A stretch of 64,000 nt of DNA from Setoptus koraiensis (GCA_048013815.1 CM106586.1:8990001-9054000), one strand, 5' to 3'; counted from the first letter of the stretch, positions 41,901 to 54,655 are shown. Numbers and translations are program-made. The notes: generated from the letters alone by a model not told the origin.

Positions 41901-41988
41901 GATGCCGTGATTTACGTTGCGCAACTTTTGCAACAACAACAACAAACAAACACACACACACCGTACAACCATTGTAACGCAACAACAG

Positions 41989-43926
41989 ATTGAATTCAGA
42001 GTGGCGAAAATCAGTGATGATACAAGCCGCAACTTCAGTGCCAACAACAACAATAATGCAACCACCACTAATATGTCACAAACTGCAACCGACAACAGTG
42101 ATCATGCACCCACAGTGACCACTCGCACCACAGACACCAACCTCAATTGTGATAACTGCACCGTTACCCACGACAACAGCGGCACCCAGCAATGTCACTG
42201 TGACAAGCAAACAAATCACGAAACAACAACAGCAACAACAGCAACAACAACAACAACGTCACACGGGGGACACATGAGACGCGAGAACACGGACGCCAAC
42301 GCGGCCGCCGACGCCAACAATGGCGACCACTGTTGCATGCCAGTCCAGGCCGGACACGACAAAGCGTTGCACGAGCACCTGGTGACAGCAGCGACAAACT
42401 GTGACGCAACAGCCATGCCGCAGCAACAACCAAAGGACGACAACATTTTCATACCTGAGCTCAAGGTGCAGCCAGGCACCCCAACCAGACAAGACAACGA
42501 ACAGGACGACAGTGTGACGCAGCAGAAGCAGCGGCAGCAGCAGCCGCCAAGCGACGAGAACAGAGAAAATGGTGAAAATCGCCCAATCGTTCAGCCTGCC
42601 GAATCATCAGTGTGCACCGGAAGTGCGGATGCGAATAATGCCAATATTAGAGACAATAATAATGCAAATAATGATGCCGAAAATGGCGCCGCCAAATACC
42701 ATGTGACAGCAGCAGCAGACGACGAAGGGGCAACTTCCAATGATGACGACATTGCCGAAAACGAGAAAAGCGTTGCCCTGTTTAAGAGGCGCTACGTTTT
42801 ACAGGAACTGATTGAGACTGAACGCGATTACGTTAGTGATTTAGGCAAAATAGTCGAGGGTTATCTAGACGAAATAAGGCGCCAATTGTGCGACAGTGGC
42901 GCCGATCCAATAACAGCGGGCATGATGATAACAAGTAGCACTAGCCAATCGTCGTCGTCGACGTCTTGCCAAAAGTCGTCGTCGTCGTCGTCGCAAGTTG
43001 TTGTTTGTCAGCAATCGGCTGCCGCCGTGTCCACTGAAACAAGCTCATCGTCATCGACGGTCATAGTGAGCAGTCATGACAAGGAGGCCGAAATCACAAA
43101 CAATGTCCAACAACAACAACAACAGCAACAACAGACAATTATCCAGTCCAGTTGTGTCCAAATGCTGCAGCAACACACCAATAACGAGACAATGGTGAGC
43201 AACAGTTGCCAATTGGCGCAAGCGCGCTACTCCTGCACCAGTAGCACCAGTTGCAGCAGCGCCCCAAACGACAATTCGAGCGTGGCCGTCTCACAGCAGC
43301 AACCACAACAACAAACGCAACAACAAACGCAACAACAACCGCAACAACAACCACAACAACAACCACAACCACAACCACAACAACAACAGCACGATTGCGC
43401 AACCACCAAATCAACTGTTCAAGAGCAACAACAAGATTTTTGTCATTCCGAAAGCCAGAAGGCGACCCCTTCGCAGGCCGGCCCAGACAAGACTCAGGAG
43501 TCGGCCGAGCATCACCACCTACAGCAGCAACAACAACAGCAACAACAGCAACAACAGCAACAACAGCAACAACAACAACAACCGCAGCACCACCAAACGC
43601 TGATTAGGGGCGTCGCGGGCAGCCGCAGCAACAGCATCGCGCACCCGCTGCTGCACCTGAGCCCCACTGCGCCCTCGTCGGCGCCCGTTCTTCCTGAGGA
43701 TCTCAAGAATGGCAAGCACAAGATTATATTTGGCAACATTGAGGCCATTTATGAGTTTCATCGTGATCATTTCCTTCTCGAGCTGGAGAAGTGCCTCGAC
43801 GAGCCCCAACGACTGGGGCCGCTGTTCAAGCGATACGAGCGCCGCCTTCACATGTACGTCGTGTATTGTCAGAACAAGCCCCGTTCGGAGTTTATTGTAT
43901 CGGAGTTTCTGGACACATACTTTGAG
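41989..43926 (+). CDS. trio: Trio-like RhoGEF exon: low-complexity leader plus N-terminal part of the second DH domain
   Basis: [27 protein letters not shown] and [78 protein letters not shown] match the Trio/Kalirin GEF2/p63RhoGEF DH as I recall it. Donor GAG|GTGAGT at 43927. The 5' boundary (CAG at 41988, or ATG 42073) is uncertain. Confidence 0.88.
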
Positions 43927-45773
43927 GTGAGTAGTCCGTTTGGTCCGACCATTAGCGCCTGTTTCGTTCATTCGCACAATATGAATCGCATTTCGCCTGG
44001 CGGCTGTTTTCGGGCCGTCTTTGGGGCCGTTTTCGGGCCGTCTTTGGGGCCGTTGTCGGGCCGTTGTCGGGCTGTTTTGTGTGGCGACACAAATTGCGCT
44101 CGCGCCAATTGACACCTCTGGCGTGACATCAGCCGCCGGTGACCAGCCGCCGGTGAGCGGCGCACCAAATCAAAGTTGGCGCCCCCAATATTGCATTGAC
44201 ATTGTGAGTATTATTCTCATCATGTGACAGGCATATTGGAAGTATATTGGTGCCCGGTGTATTCAATTTGACAGCCCAGCTACCCGGCGAGACGGACGAA
44301 TTATTGCTGACACACAGTTGTTACAACAACCACTGGAAGGTGGGCGAGTTATCAGCGTCGGCAGCGCCCCCTGCCAGCGGCCAGCGTCTAATTACTTCCG
44401 GTCACTATCAAACGCAAGCTGTGTTTGCTTAGCCGAATTATCTGCTGACACAAGCGCCGTGACAGCATGCAAATATTCTTTCGACACAGAGTTGTGTGTC
44501 AGCCACTTAATTGGATAAACATGTCAACGGGCACCGAGGCCAAACACTGACAGGCCGCCGGCCCCAAAACCGTTGCGCGTGTGCGTGCACTAAATCAAAA
44601 AAGAATTGACATGTCGCACAATATGTATTACCTGCTGCTAACTTGATATCGACAAATAACGACTCTGTCAAATAACCGTTACAGTCTAACGGCGCTCGGG
44701 TGCGCCCGAAAGATGCCGAGCCGCTGGCAGAGAGTGAGAGGGGCGAGCCACTTGTTTATTAATAGTAGTAATAGGTAATTGGGTGCTTGCTGGCTGTTGT
44801 TGCGGCCCCCCCAACCAACCAACCAAACAGCTACAACCAAACTAGTCGAGTAAGCATGTCAGCGGCGGCCATGTCGGTAAGCGCTCGGGGGCTAATCGCT
44901 GTCGCATAGGTCCTCGGGCGGAAGTCGCCGGAAACGTGGGCGAAGGTCAGTCTGTTTGGCTGGCGCATCCCATGTCGATAGATTGGCCCAGAGTGGCCAG
45001 ATTATCGGCCAAGATATGGCAGCGCATTGGCGCGCCAATTCGCGAATTACGCGAGATACGCGCGTTTTACCGGCGCCCCTGTTTGCCTAGCGAATAGGAA
45101 TTTTTTATTGACTCGCGCCGTGTATCACCGGGCCAGCCGGTTCATACATTAGGCGATTAGCTGATACGTGGCGCTTGTATCACAAGCAGATATGCATACC
45201 CAACCGAACCGGCAGACTGGCCCCGATTTTTGAGGCGCTCGCATGCGATGGCATGCGAGCTGATGATGCGACAACCAGTGAACCGTAACATAGCGCCGCC
45301 CCGCACCGTCTAGCTAGACTGGCCCACGCTGAATGGTGGCGATTTTGGCGAAATGACCAGATTTGATGCGCTTCGATGGGTCGCGCTGTCTGGCGCGCTC
45401 GATCATGGTCGTCATCGATTATATTGAACTATTGAAAAAGATGAAAAAGTATGTTGATGGAGACCGACCCGCTAAGTGTGCCGAGCTTATTTCGTCGTTG
45501 GTCTAGCCAAGTGTTTGTGTGTGCTCGTGCCACCATCATTCAATTTATTTTCACGCGATGCGGCACAATTTTCCCCTATCGGCGCCCCACGTACCCCATT
45601 ACTGGCCGCATACCTGGCCCCAAAGCGTGGCGCCGCGAACAAATATTAGAATTAATTTCACAACGGCCGCTCACTAGCAACCAATTCATCTAGCCAGCAA
45701 CTATAACTCTACTCGGTGTGCTCTTTTCGTTGCCTCTTGATATTTTTTGCGTGCTGATCTATCATTTATCTAG

Positions 45774-46783
45774 GAGATGAGGATTCGCCTGGGACACAAA
45801 TTGCAATTGCCAGACTTGCTTATTAAGCCGGTGCAGCGCATTATGAAATACCAGCTATTGCTCAAGGATATTTTAAAATACACAGAGAAGGCCAACTTGA
45901 AACAAGAATGTGATGATCTTATGAAAGCCGTTTACATTATGTATGTGGTGCCAAAGACAGCCGACGATATGATGAATGTTGGCAGATTAAATGGTTTTGA
46001 TGGTAAAATAACGGCCCAGGGCAAATTAATAAAACAGGGCATATTGTTGTTTGGTGACGTTACTGGCGCACTTAATTCGCTCTCTTCCTCCTCATCGCCA
46101 TACCAGTCAGGTACTAGCGGCCCAACAAGCGAGCTATTATCTGACAGCCAAAACCAATCGTCGGACGGTCACTCGTCGTCGTTGGCAAGCGCGCAACTAA
46201 GTAATTATCTATCAAATGGTCAGTTGTCATCCTCAATGATTGGCTCCATGTCATTATCGCCTCAATCAATAGCTCAATTACAACAATTGTTGTCGACTAT
46301 TAAATTGAAAGAACGTCAAACGTTTCTATTTGAGCAATCAATTATATTTAGCGAAGTTATAAGACCCCAAAAGCATTCATCGCAATATTCAATACCCATA
46401 TACGAATATAAGAATCACCTATCTATTAATAAGATGTCGCTGATAGATAAACACTATGGCCAGCACACCTTCGACATTGGCAGGTTAGATCAGATGGCCC
46501 TAGATCATATGAACAATTTAAATAACGCCGGATCAACTGTTAATGCGGCCATGTTTCACGGAAGCAACATATTAAATGTAGATCTAGAACTGGAATCTAA
46601 GCGCTTCATGCTGAAAAGTCGTGATCCCAATCAAGAGAACGTTATATTCATGCTGCAAACGAACAACGTTGCCGATCGCGACGATTGGGTGGCCAACATC
46701 AAATCAATGCTCGAGTGTCAGCTAGACTTTCTTCGAGCCCTCCAGTCACCTATCGCCTACCAGAAGGGTCTAACCAAAGAGAG
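45774..46783 (+). CDS. trio: Trio-like RhoGEF exon: C-terminal DH and PH domain
   Basis: Acceptor TTTATCTAG|GAG at 45773. [63 protein letters not shown] and [12 protein letters not shown] are typical of GEF2 DH-PH. Donor AG|GTAATT at 46784. Confidence 0.92.
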
Positions 46784-46888
46784 GTAATTATAACTGTCTC
46801 ATTATGATTGTGCAGCATGTCTGCCGCTCTCTCACAAACGCCAACTAATCCATTGTCTCATTGTGTCGCCCACCATTTCCAACAACAG

Positions 46889-47828
46889 CTCTGCGCCCGA
46901 ACTAAACAACATGTGGAATCCGGCCCTTCGCAAGACCCTCTCCAATCCAGCCTCTAACAGATTTCAGCGACAGGCCGCTCTGGCGGCAGCCAATGCGGCA
47001 GCGGCCGCTGCAAACTCTGCAAACAAACAACAAGTGAATGGCAGCTCATCCTCAATGAAACAAACAACAACAAATATTACCGTTAGCTCTAATTCTGGCT
47101 CTGGATCTAATCAGCAAAAATATCTCAAATTTGTGCGCTCAAAATTGGCCAAGGCCCGCCTAAATAGTGTCAGTTCTATATTGACTTCCGCCACATCGTC
47201 GTCATCATCAGCTAATTCAGGCCAAGCGATTAATTCAAGCGATAATTCAGAAAATAACATCACTAGTAACCAAAGTTGTTCGGCTAGTTTTGTCACAGCC
47301 TCAATGACCACAATGGCCACCACCATGACCACCACCATAACCGGAAATAGTAACACCATTAGTGGTGGAAATGCGAACGACAACAACATTTCCAATATTA
47401 TTCCACCTCTTATGCTCACCTTACCGCCAAGTGGTGCCAGTAGCCATTCAGCAGCAGCCTCTTTAGGTGGCTCACCTAATGACAATCCAGCTCAACTAGT
47501 CTATCCATCGTCGGCCTGTATATCAGACAGTACGACACATAGTAAGGGTACCGCTACTAGCAGAACAAGTAGATCATCTAGTGGTCGTGGGCCCGCTTCA
47601 GCTATGGTCAGATCAAAATCCACTAGTAAGAAGAGCAACTTTTTTGATGGTTTCAGATATACTCTCAAAAATAGACGAGGTAGTAAGCAGGGAAACCAGC
47701 AGCAGCAGCAGCAACAACAACAACAACAAGAGCAACAACTACAACAACAAGAGCAACAACTACAACAAAATGAACAACACCACGAAGACATAGCATCTGT
47801 GAAGAACCAAGAACAATCTCAGGACTAA
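46889..47828 (+). CDS. trio: Trio-like RhoGEF terminal exon (S/N/Q-rich tail)
   Basis: 105-bp intron 46784-46888 (CTAAT branch-like motif, AACAACAG acceptor). The phase-2 join gives KGLTKES-SAPELNNMWNPALRKTLSNP in frame with the 46863-47828 ORF. Confidence 0.75.
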
Positions 47829-48340
47829 CAGTGACAACAAACAAATTATATGATTTGACAGCCACAATGAGCATTCGAATCGATGTATATCTGATTAATA
47901 AGTTATGATAGTAATTATAACATTAATTAAAGTGTTGCGACACGTTTTGCGACAAACTCTCCATTTGACGACCCAATTGACTCATTAGGGAGATCATTTT
48001 TATTGTTGTCGTCAAATTCACTAGGCTACATGAGTTTCGAAACTCATCTACTAGTGTGATCCATAAGATGGAAATTCTCTGGCGGAAATATTTTGATTAC
48101 TACGAGAAAGCGGAATCGATATGCATAGTATGTCTTAGATCACATATCAACTCGGAACATGTTGTATAGTCGTTGAAAAATCAAGAGATCCTTTTTTTTC
48201 CTAAAGAGATTCTGATATATTCTATTATAGATTTTATTAGCTAGGAAGCTCAGTACAAATTAAATGGTAACTGGTTGTAGAAATTGTCAATGTATCTAAC
48301 TTCAACAAGGTTAAGTTTATTATACGAGAGTAATTGTTTA

Positions 48341-50239
48341 TCAAGTTTCGAATTCGCTTTCTTTAAGGATTTTACTTCTAAGGTGGTTCTTATATTCAAT
48401 TATGTCCTTATTCCATTTCTTGATGGTGCCTTTTTCACAAATCCAAATTTCTTTGGCCACCTGACCAATCAGTCGGAAGTCGTGACTAACGAGCACTAGG
48501 CCACCTTCAAAGTCGTTGATAGCGTCTGCTAATGCATCAATAGTCTCCATATCTAAATGATTGGTAGGTTCATCCAATAGAAGCAAGTGCGGTACTTGTA
48601 AGGCCAGCCAAGCGAATACAACTCTACATCTTTGACCATCCGATAAATGACGCATTGGACATATTTGCTGTCTACCGGAAAGACCGTAGCGACCAATAAT
48701 TTTGCGCATCTCCTCTCTTTCTTTCATATCTGGAAAGCATTTCATCATATACTCTAGAGCACTCAGAGATAGATCCAATGCTTCATGGAGATGTTGGTGA
48801 TATCTGGCTATTCTAAGATGTGAGTGCTTCCTGATTAAACCATCTTGGGGCACTACCTCGCCACATAATAGCTTAAGGAAGGTTGACTTTCCACAACCGT
48901 TTGGTCCGACCAGTGCAATTCTGCTGTCTAAGTCAATACCAAGCTCTAAATTCTTGTATATCCATGGGGTCTTTTCATTATACCTAAAGGATATATTTTG
49001 TATCATAACTACAGGAGGTGGTAGTTTCCCGCAAGCAGGAAAGTAAAATTCAACTAATTTATCTCCTACAACTTTATCGGTCAATCCCGCTGCCACCATT
49101 TTTCCAAGAGTCTTTTCTTTACTCTGAGCTTGCCTAGCTAATTTGGCACTTCCGTGACCAAAGCGGGCAATATAGTCTTTCATATGAGCTATCTGAGCTT
49201 GTTCCCAATTGTAACGTTTCATTTGATGTTCTAATAGTTCGAGTCTGGTCTTGACAAAGGCATCGTAATTACCTGTATAATATTCTAGACGGTTTTTGGT
49301 GATGTGCATGATGTTGGTACATACACCATTAAGAAAATCTTGAGAGTGCGATATGATCACAAGTATTCTTTTATAGTTCTTCAGCTCTTGCTCTAACCAG
49401 ACACAAGCCTCTAAATCTAAGTGATTGGTAGGTTCATCTAGTATCAACATGTGAGGTTTCAGATATAAAGCTCTTGCTAAGGCTATTCTCATTCTCCATC
49501 CTCCACTGAAGTCTTTACACTTTTTAGCTTGCATTTGTTTGTCGAAACCCAAACCATATAAGATATAGGCTGCCTTGGCTTTGGCCCTATCGGCACCCAT
49601 GTCATCAAGACGCTCATAAATGTCCATAAGTTGATCTTGAGATTCTTCGTCTTCACGATCTGCCAATTGTTCAGCGAGTTTCTCTAATTTGATACGTTCC
49701 TGTTCGACATCTAGCACTGCCTCTAGGGCACTCTTATCAAGCGGAGGTATCTCGCGTGTTAAATGATAGATATCAATTTGTTCTTGTATTGGTATCTCGC
49801 GTCTACCTATTGTGCACAATAGCGTTGATTTACCGCATCCATTCAAGCCAATAAGACCATAACGTCGGCCATAGTTGAGCTCCAATCTTGTGTCTGTTAG
49901 AATTTCAAAACCATGAAAGGTAATGGATAGATTGTCTACTTTAACATCACGAGATTGAGGATGAACACCAAGAACGCCGGTACACGATCTTGCTTGAGCG
50001 GCTATCTCTAGATCCTTCTCAAGCATGGCGGTCAGTTTATCCACACAATCGCCATTTGGTGCCGATGTGTTGTTAACGATCGAATCTAGTGTTTCTTGAG
50101 TAGTGCCGTTTTGCTGGCTTTCCGCTGACTTGTCTGAATTTTCTGCATTGCTGGTCTTGTTTGTTCCATTTTGTTGTTGACGAGATTTGGCCTGTTCCTT
50201 CTTCTTGGCGTCTCTTTTCTTTTTCGAATCCGAAGGCAT
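48341..50239 (-). CDS. ABCF2: ATP-binding cassette subfamily F member 2 (intronless, 632 aa)
   Basis: Two NBDs ([23 protein letters not shown] and [23 protein letters not shown]), no TM segments, and the ABCF2-typical [21 protein letters not shown] linker. Confidence 0.96.
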   Translation of the reverse strand: MPSDSKKKRDAKKKEQAKSRQQQNGTNKTSNAENSDKSAESQQNGTTQETLDSIVNNTSAPNGDCVDKLTAMLEKDLEIAAQARSCTGVLGVHPQSRDVKVDNLSITFHGFEILTDTRLELNYGRRYGLIGLNGCGKSTLLCTIGRREIPIQEQIDIYHLTREIPPLDKSALEAVLDVEQERIKLEKLAEQLADREDEESQDQLMDIYERLDDMGADRAKAKAAYILYGLGFDKQMQAKKCKDFSGGWRMRIALARALYLKPHMLILDEPTNHLDLEACVWLEQELKNYKRILVIISHSQDFLNGVCTNIMHITKNRLEYYTGNYDAFVKTRLELLEHQMKRYNWEQAQIAHMKDYIARFGHGSAKLARQAQSKEKTLGKMVAAGLTDKVVGDKLVEFYFPACGKLPPPVVMIQNISFRYNEKTPWIYKNLELGIDLDSRIALVGPNGCGKSTFLKLLCGEVVPQDGLIRKHSHLRIARYHQHLHEALDLSLSALEYMMKCFPDMKEREEMRKIIGRYGLSGRQQICPMRHLSDGQRCRVVFAWLALQVPHLLLLDEPTNHLDMETIDALADAINDFEGGLVLVSHDFRLIGQVAKEIWICEKGTIKKWNKDIIEYKNHLRSKILKESEFET

Positions 50240-51167
50240 GACTGTAACAATAATAGTAATTAATTAATTGTAATACAAAATTGTAATATTCTAGCTCTAC
50301 TCTAATATTAATAATAATCCTTGTGTCTGTATGTAGCAATTCCTTAAACGTTGATATGTACTTATGATTGTATCACACGATTGTATGCTAATGTATCAGT
50401 GGAGTATCTGCCGATATTGTTGCTTAAGATTTGATTCGATCAAATTGAGCCAAACAAATAATATATTCATATATGAGTATATATATTTATAATAAAACAA
50501 TGTCTAGCGGCATGCGATGTTGTCTATATTGATTGAGAATCTCTCTGTATGTGAACCATTGCGTTGTGAGTGAATGGATAGATAGCCCATGAGAACACAT
50601 TGAAATGCGGTGCTGAATTGAACGACAACGACAATCAATCGGCACTGCTACACATTGTACCATCAAACGCACAGATAACGCACGCGGTCGCTCAAATAGG
50701 CGCGGTACAAGGTAGGGGGGTGTGTACTGTGCGATCAACTTTACCGACTACCGTTCGCAAGGTATAGCTAGGTGAATAGTCGCGTGTGAATACTATGCAT
50801 GGTGATACTTCTCATGATAGTATATTTTTAAAAATTACATTACACAATCTAGCTATAACTTGTTATGTACAGAAGGATAATCTAGATACACACACATTTC
50901 GAACAACACACTATAGTAATGACACATTGTTAACATATACATTTTATCACATTATACATAGTATTGATACACTGTTTGTTGCATTGTGTTACATTAGCAG
51001 CGATGGCAGTAGCAGAATTGGCGTAAAATTATCGTTATTTAGTCCCGGTTATGTCATTCTGTGTCATCTCGCAACTTCTCCACACCACACTTCCATCTTT
51101 ACTTTTACATACACTTGTAAATAGCCACTCATGATTATATACGTTAGAGGTCACCACGTAGTAGTGC

Positions 51168-51434
51168 ATGTTTCATCACGTAGACGAGATGATTAAAAGT
51201 ACCAGTGGCCAATCACAGCCAAACCAAAAGAACAACAATAATAATAATGATAGCAATAAAGACAATCAAGTGAAGGACGACAATGCAGACGGATCTCAAA
51301 GGTTATACACAATGCCTGATTATTTGCACACTGTCGATGATTTTAATAGGGACGCTGCAAAACAGAAGACGAGGCTTCTTCGCCTAATTAAAGCTGTTAC
51401 ATTTGACGATGATAAAGAAACAGACAATAAATAA
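51168..51434 (+). CDS. Small hypothetical protein (88 aa)
   Basis: ATG-initiated ORF with protein-like composition in the gene-dense block; no family recognised. Confidence 0.35.
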   Translation: MFHHVDEMIKSTSGQSQPNQKNNNNNNDSNKDNQVKDDNADGSQRLYTMPDYLHTVDDFNRDAAKQKTRLLRLIKAVTFDDDKETDNK

Positions 51435-52128
51435 TCAGAAACAATGTACTGTATAATGAGGAATCACTTGCAAATCTTAATCTTGGTTGATTTTTTTACA
51501 AAAGAATAACCAATTCAGATCAGTTTTCACGCTAGATATGCATTGGCTTTCACTATTTGTATCACGAGCTTTACATCATCCGGATGTGAGTACAGTTTCA
51601 AGACGATCTATAGTTTATACTACTGTCACGACGGTGTAGCTTAACAGTCTCGGCTTGATTAGAAATGATTAGGTTTTTTTTTGTTTTTGTTTTATTTTTG
51701 AAATTCGCGCTCCATAACTCGGAGGAGTCATCTGTGTGGGATCATACTCTACCGTAGAATAATACTGAACGATCCAGCAAGACTGTCCCGTCCAATGTGT
51801 AAAATGAGCACACAAAAAGGTAGTCAGCACAGAATGTGAAACAAAGACGAATGTGCTGTTTGTGCTGGCTCTTCGAAGTTCTCTGAGTGTGCGATCAGTT
51901 TATTCAGAATTTTCAGTAAAAAACGTGCATGGTTACGATCTGTGCCGGCATGGCGGACAACATTACTACTCCATTATTCCTATATCGTTGTCTACTCAAA
52001 GCTGATCACTTCAACTTGACATCATCATAATCAATGTTACACAACGGACTACAACATCCTAAGACCAACATTTCATATTATTACGTCTATACTTGATTCA
52101 TTCGAAATAGCGATCGTGAATAACAAAG

Positions 52129-52728
52129 ATGGAGACTCTATTAGGTGTCACTTTCGACGATTTTGTCATCATGGCTGCGGATCGTGGCGAAATTTTTAGT
52201 ATTATGAAATTACAAGAAGACAGCAGCAAGATGTATTTGCTTGGAAGCCATTTGGTCATGTCAATCTCAGGTGAACCTGGTGACACAACACAATTTGCTG
52301 AATACGTTCAGAGAAATCTTGAGTTAGAGAAATTCAGAGACGGATTTGAAGTTACACCAGATCGTGCTTTCCATTGGACAAGGAATCAGCTGGCGACGAG
52401 TATCAGGTCACGCTCACCGTACAATGTATTTCCACTCATTGCAGGATATGATGTGAGGCAGAATAAGACTAAATTGTACTTTCTAGATTACTTGGGCACC
52501 GGGGTGGAGGTGCCATATATCGCCCATGGTTATGGTGAATCTTTTGCAACTGGCCTGCTTGATCGACACCACAGGCCAAATCTTAGCGAAACTCAAGCGA
52601 TCGAATTGGTTCATGATGCTCTGAACGCTATCAAAAAGCGTCTCATAGTTGAACAAAAATTTTTTGAGTTGATCATAATCGATAAGAATGGTGTTAGAAA
52701 ATTACCAGACTATCCAAATACAAGCTAG
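52129..52728 (+). CDS. PSMB2: Proteasome subunit beta type-2 (beta4), intronless
   Basis: METLLG start; GEPGDTTQFAEYVQRN, RSRSPYNV..IAGYD, LYFLDYLG and HGYG are family motifs; 199 aa. Confidence 0.92.
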   Translation: METLLGVTFDDFVIMAADRGEIFSIMKLQEDSSKMYLLGSHLVMSISGEPGDTTQFAEYVQRNLELEKFRDGFEVTPDRAFHWTRNQLATSIRSRSPYNVFPLIAGYDVRQNKTKLYFLDYLGTGVEVPYIAHGYGESFATGLLDRHHRPNLSETQAIELVHDALNAIKKRLIVEQKFFELIIIDKNGVRKLPDYPNTS

Positions 52729-52923
52729 TTATCAATATGTTTTCAGGGTAAAATAAAAGTGTGTTTATAATCATCTTATACGAAGTAGTGTCTCGTTTTA
52801 ATTCACCAAAATAAGTGCGATTGTATGATGTCTTTCAGTGAGAATGGACTTAAATGGGATCCTCTAACTGGCATCTATCGGGTTGCCGGCTACGATGGCA
52901 TGCAAGATACGGCAAAAAGTTTG

Positions 52924-52996
52924 TGGAGATGCCGAGGATCGAACTCGGGACCTTATACATGCAAAGCATACGCTCTACCAACTGAGCCACATCCCC
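52924..52996 (-). tRNA. tRNA-Ala (anticodon TGC)
   Basis: GGGGATGTGGCTCAGTTGGTAGAGCGTATGCTTTGCATGTATAAGGTCCCGAGTTCGATCCTCGGCATCTCCA folds as a cloverleaf with G3:U70, A and B boxes, and a T5 Pol III terminator just downstream (52918-52914). Confidence 0.97.
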
Positions 52997-53248
52997 TCGA
53001 TATCTACCTAAGAGTATGGTCAATTTATATAAATTCAGACATTCAAGATTAAAATCATATTTTTACTAGATTTTACTCTGCGTTAATATCTACACTTATC
53101 ATCTCAGCAACAGGTGTAAGGAATCACTTTTCCTTGCGATGTATATATTATTAGCGTAATATGGACAATCACTTGGCTTTCTGACACAACTCGTTGCGAG
53201 ATAGATTCCTGTCCCTATATTGTAGCTGTTTTCAAAAATAGATTTGAA

Positions 53249-54580
53249 ATGGACAGAGCTGGGATAATTAGTTTGTTATATAGAAGATTGGCCAGTGGAC
53301 GATTGAATAATCTAGTCTTTAGCTGTGATGGTGCTACCAAGAATTTCTTACACACAAATTTGGTTCGAAGATACTACTCAGATCACGGTGACTTTCCAAA
53401 TCTCAGGTCCCAATGGACACAGAAACTTGATTTTATCGAACCGGCAAGTTTGCCCAAAATACCCACCTATAGAGTGATTGATGAAGACGGTCATGTGATT
53501 GATGAGAGCCAACGATCAGCAGAGCTTACGAAAGAGAAGCTCATGAAGATTTATACAGGTATGGTGCAACTTGAAACAATGGACAAGATAATGTATGATA
53601 GTCAGAGACAAGGGAGGATAACTTTTTACATGACTAGCAATGGCGAAGAAGGGTTACAGTTTGGTTCAGCGGCTGCATTAGATGATCAAGATTTAGTTTT
53701 TGGTCAGTATAGAGAATCCGGAGTTCTAATATATCGGAATATGAGTTTACGATCAATGATGGCTCAATGTTATGGAAATCATGAAGATCTTGGTAAAGGG
53801 CGACAAATGCCGATTCATTACGGTAACAGAAAATTAAATTACGTGACAATATCCTCTCCTCTTGCGACTCAAATGCCTCAAGCAGTTGGCGCGGCTTATG
53901 CAATAAGATCATCAGCTGAACCAAGAGTAGTGATATGCTATTTTGGTGAAGGTGCTGCAAGTGAAGGTGATGCTCATGCTGCGATGAATTTTTCATCTAC
54001 CTTAGATTGTCCTGTTATATTCTTTTGTCGAAATAATGGTTATGCGATTTCAACACCAGCTAATGAACAATATAGAAGTGACGGGATAGCATCTAGAGGA
54101 ATTGGCTATGGCATCAGCACTATCAGAGTAGATGGTAATGATTTTTTAGCGGTGTACAATGCTACAAAAGCTGCTCGTAAGATTTGTCTTGAAAAATGTA
54201 AACCAGTTTTGATCGAGGCAATGACATATAGGATAGGCCATCATTCAACCTCAGATGATTCTAGTGCATACAGAAATACTGATGAGGTCAAGCACTGGAA
54301 CGAGCACGATCATCCGATCGCTCGCATGCGAAAGTTCCTTATGAATGAAGGCATTTTGAAAGACGAGGACGAAAAGAAACTGAGAGCTGACTCTCGAGTT
54401 GCAGTTTTAGAGGCATTCAACTATGCAGAAAAACTGAAAAAACCATCAATCAAGGAAATGTTCCTCGATGTCTACGATCAACCTACTAAAGATCTTTTGG
54501 AGCAATATGAAGATTTGAAAAGACATTTTGGTGCTCATGGTCATAACTATTCGATAGAAAAATTCGAGAATGAAGCATAA
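53249..54580 (+). CDS. BCKDHA: Branched-chain 2-oxoacid dehydrogenase E1 alpha, mitochondrial (intronless)
   Basis: YDSQRQGRITFYMT, GKGRQMPIHYG, TISSPLATQMPQAVGAAY, TPP motif GEGAASEGD...NNGYAISTP, and YRIGHHSTSDDSSAYR. Confidence 0.97.
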   Translation: MDRAGIISLLYRRLASGRLNNLVFSCDGATKNFLHTNLVRRYYSDHGDFPNLRSQWTQKLDFIEPASLPKIPTYRVIDEDGHVIDESQRSAELTKEKLMKIYTGMVQLETMDKIMYDSQRQGRITFYMTSNGEEGLQFGSAAALDDQDLVFGQYRESGVLIYRNMSLRSMMAQCYGNHEDLGKGRQMPIHYGNRKLNYVTISSPLATQMPQAVGAAYAIRSSAEPRVVICYFGEGAASEGDAHAAMNFSSTLDCPVIFFCRNNGYAISTPANEQYRSDGIASRGIGYGISTIRVDGNDFLAVYNATKAARKICLEKCKPVLIEAMTYRIGHHSTSDDSSAYRNTDEVKHWNEHDHPIARMRKFLMNEGILKDEDEKKLRADSRVAVLEAFNYAEKLKKPSIKEMFLDVYDQPTKDLLEQYEDLKRHFGAHGHNYSIEKFENEA

Positions 54581-54655
54581 TACAGAGGACAATATAATGG
54601 ATTTACTGTTCTTTATTCATTCTATTGAGTAAGTTTATTTCCTACTTTTAACCAT

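Noticed and set aside
43927-44112. C-terminal extension of the 731-aa ORF
   Set aside because: It is intron read-through past the GTGAGT donor; DH homology resumes at 45774.
43139-44115. Antisense poly-Val/Cys/Leu ORFs
   Set aside because: They are shadows of the CAA/CAG repeats in the real + strand exon.
50487-51124. ORFs and a possible structured RNA upstream of ABCF2
   Set aside because: No recognisable protein or Rfam-type motif; more likely promoter or UTR sequence.
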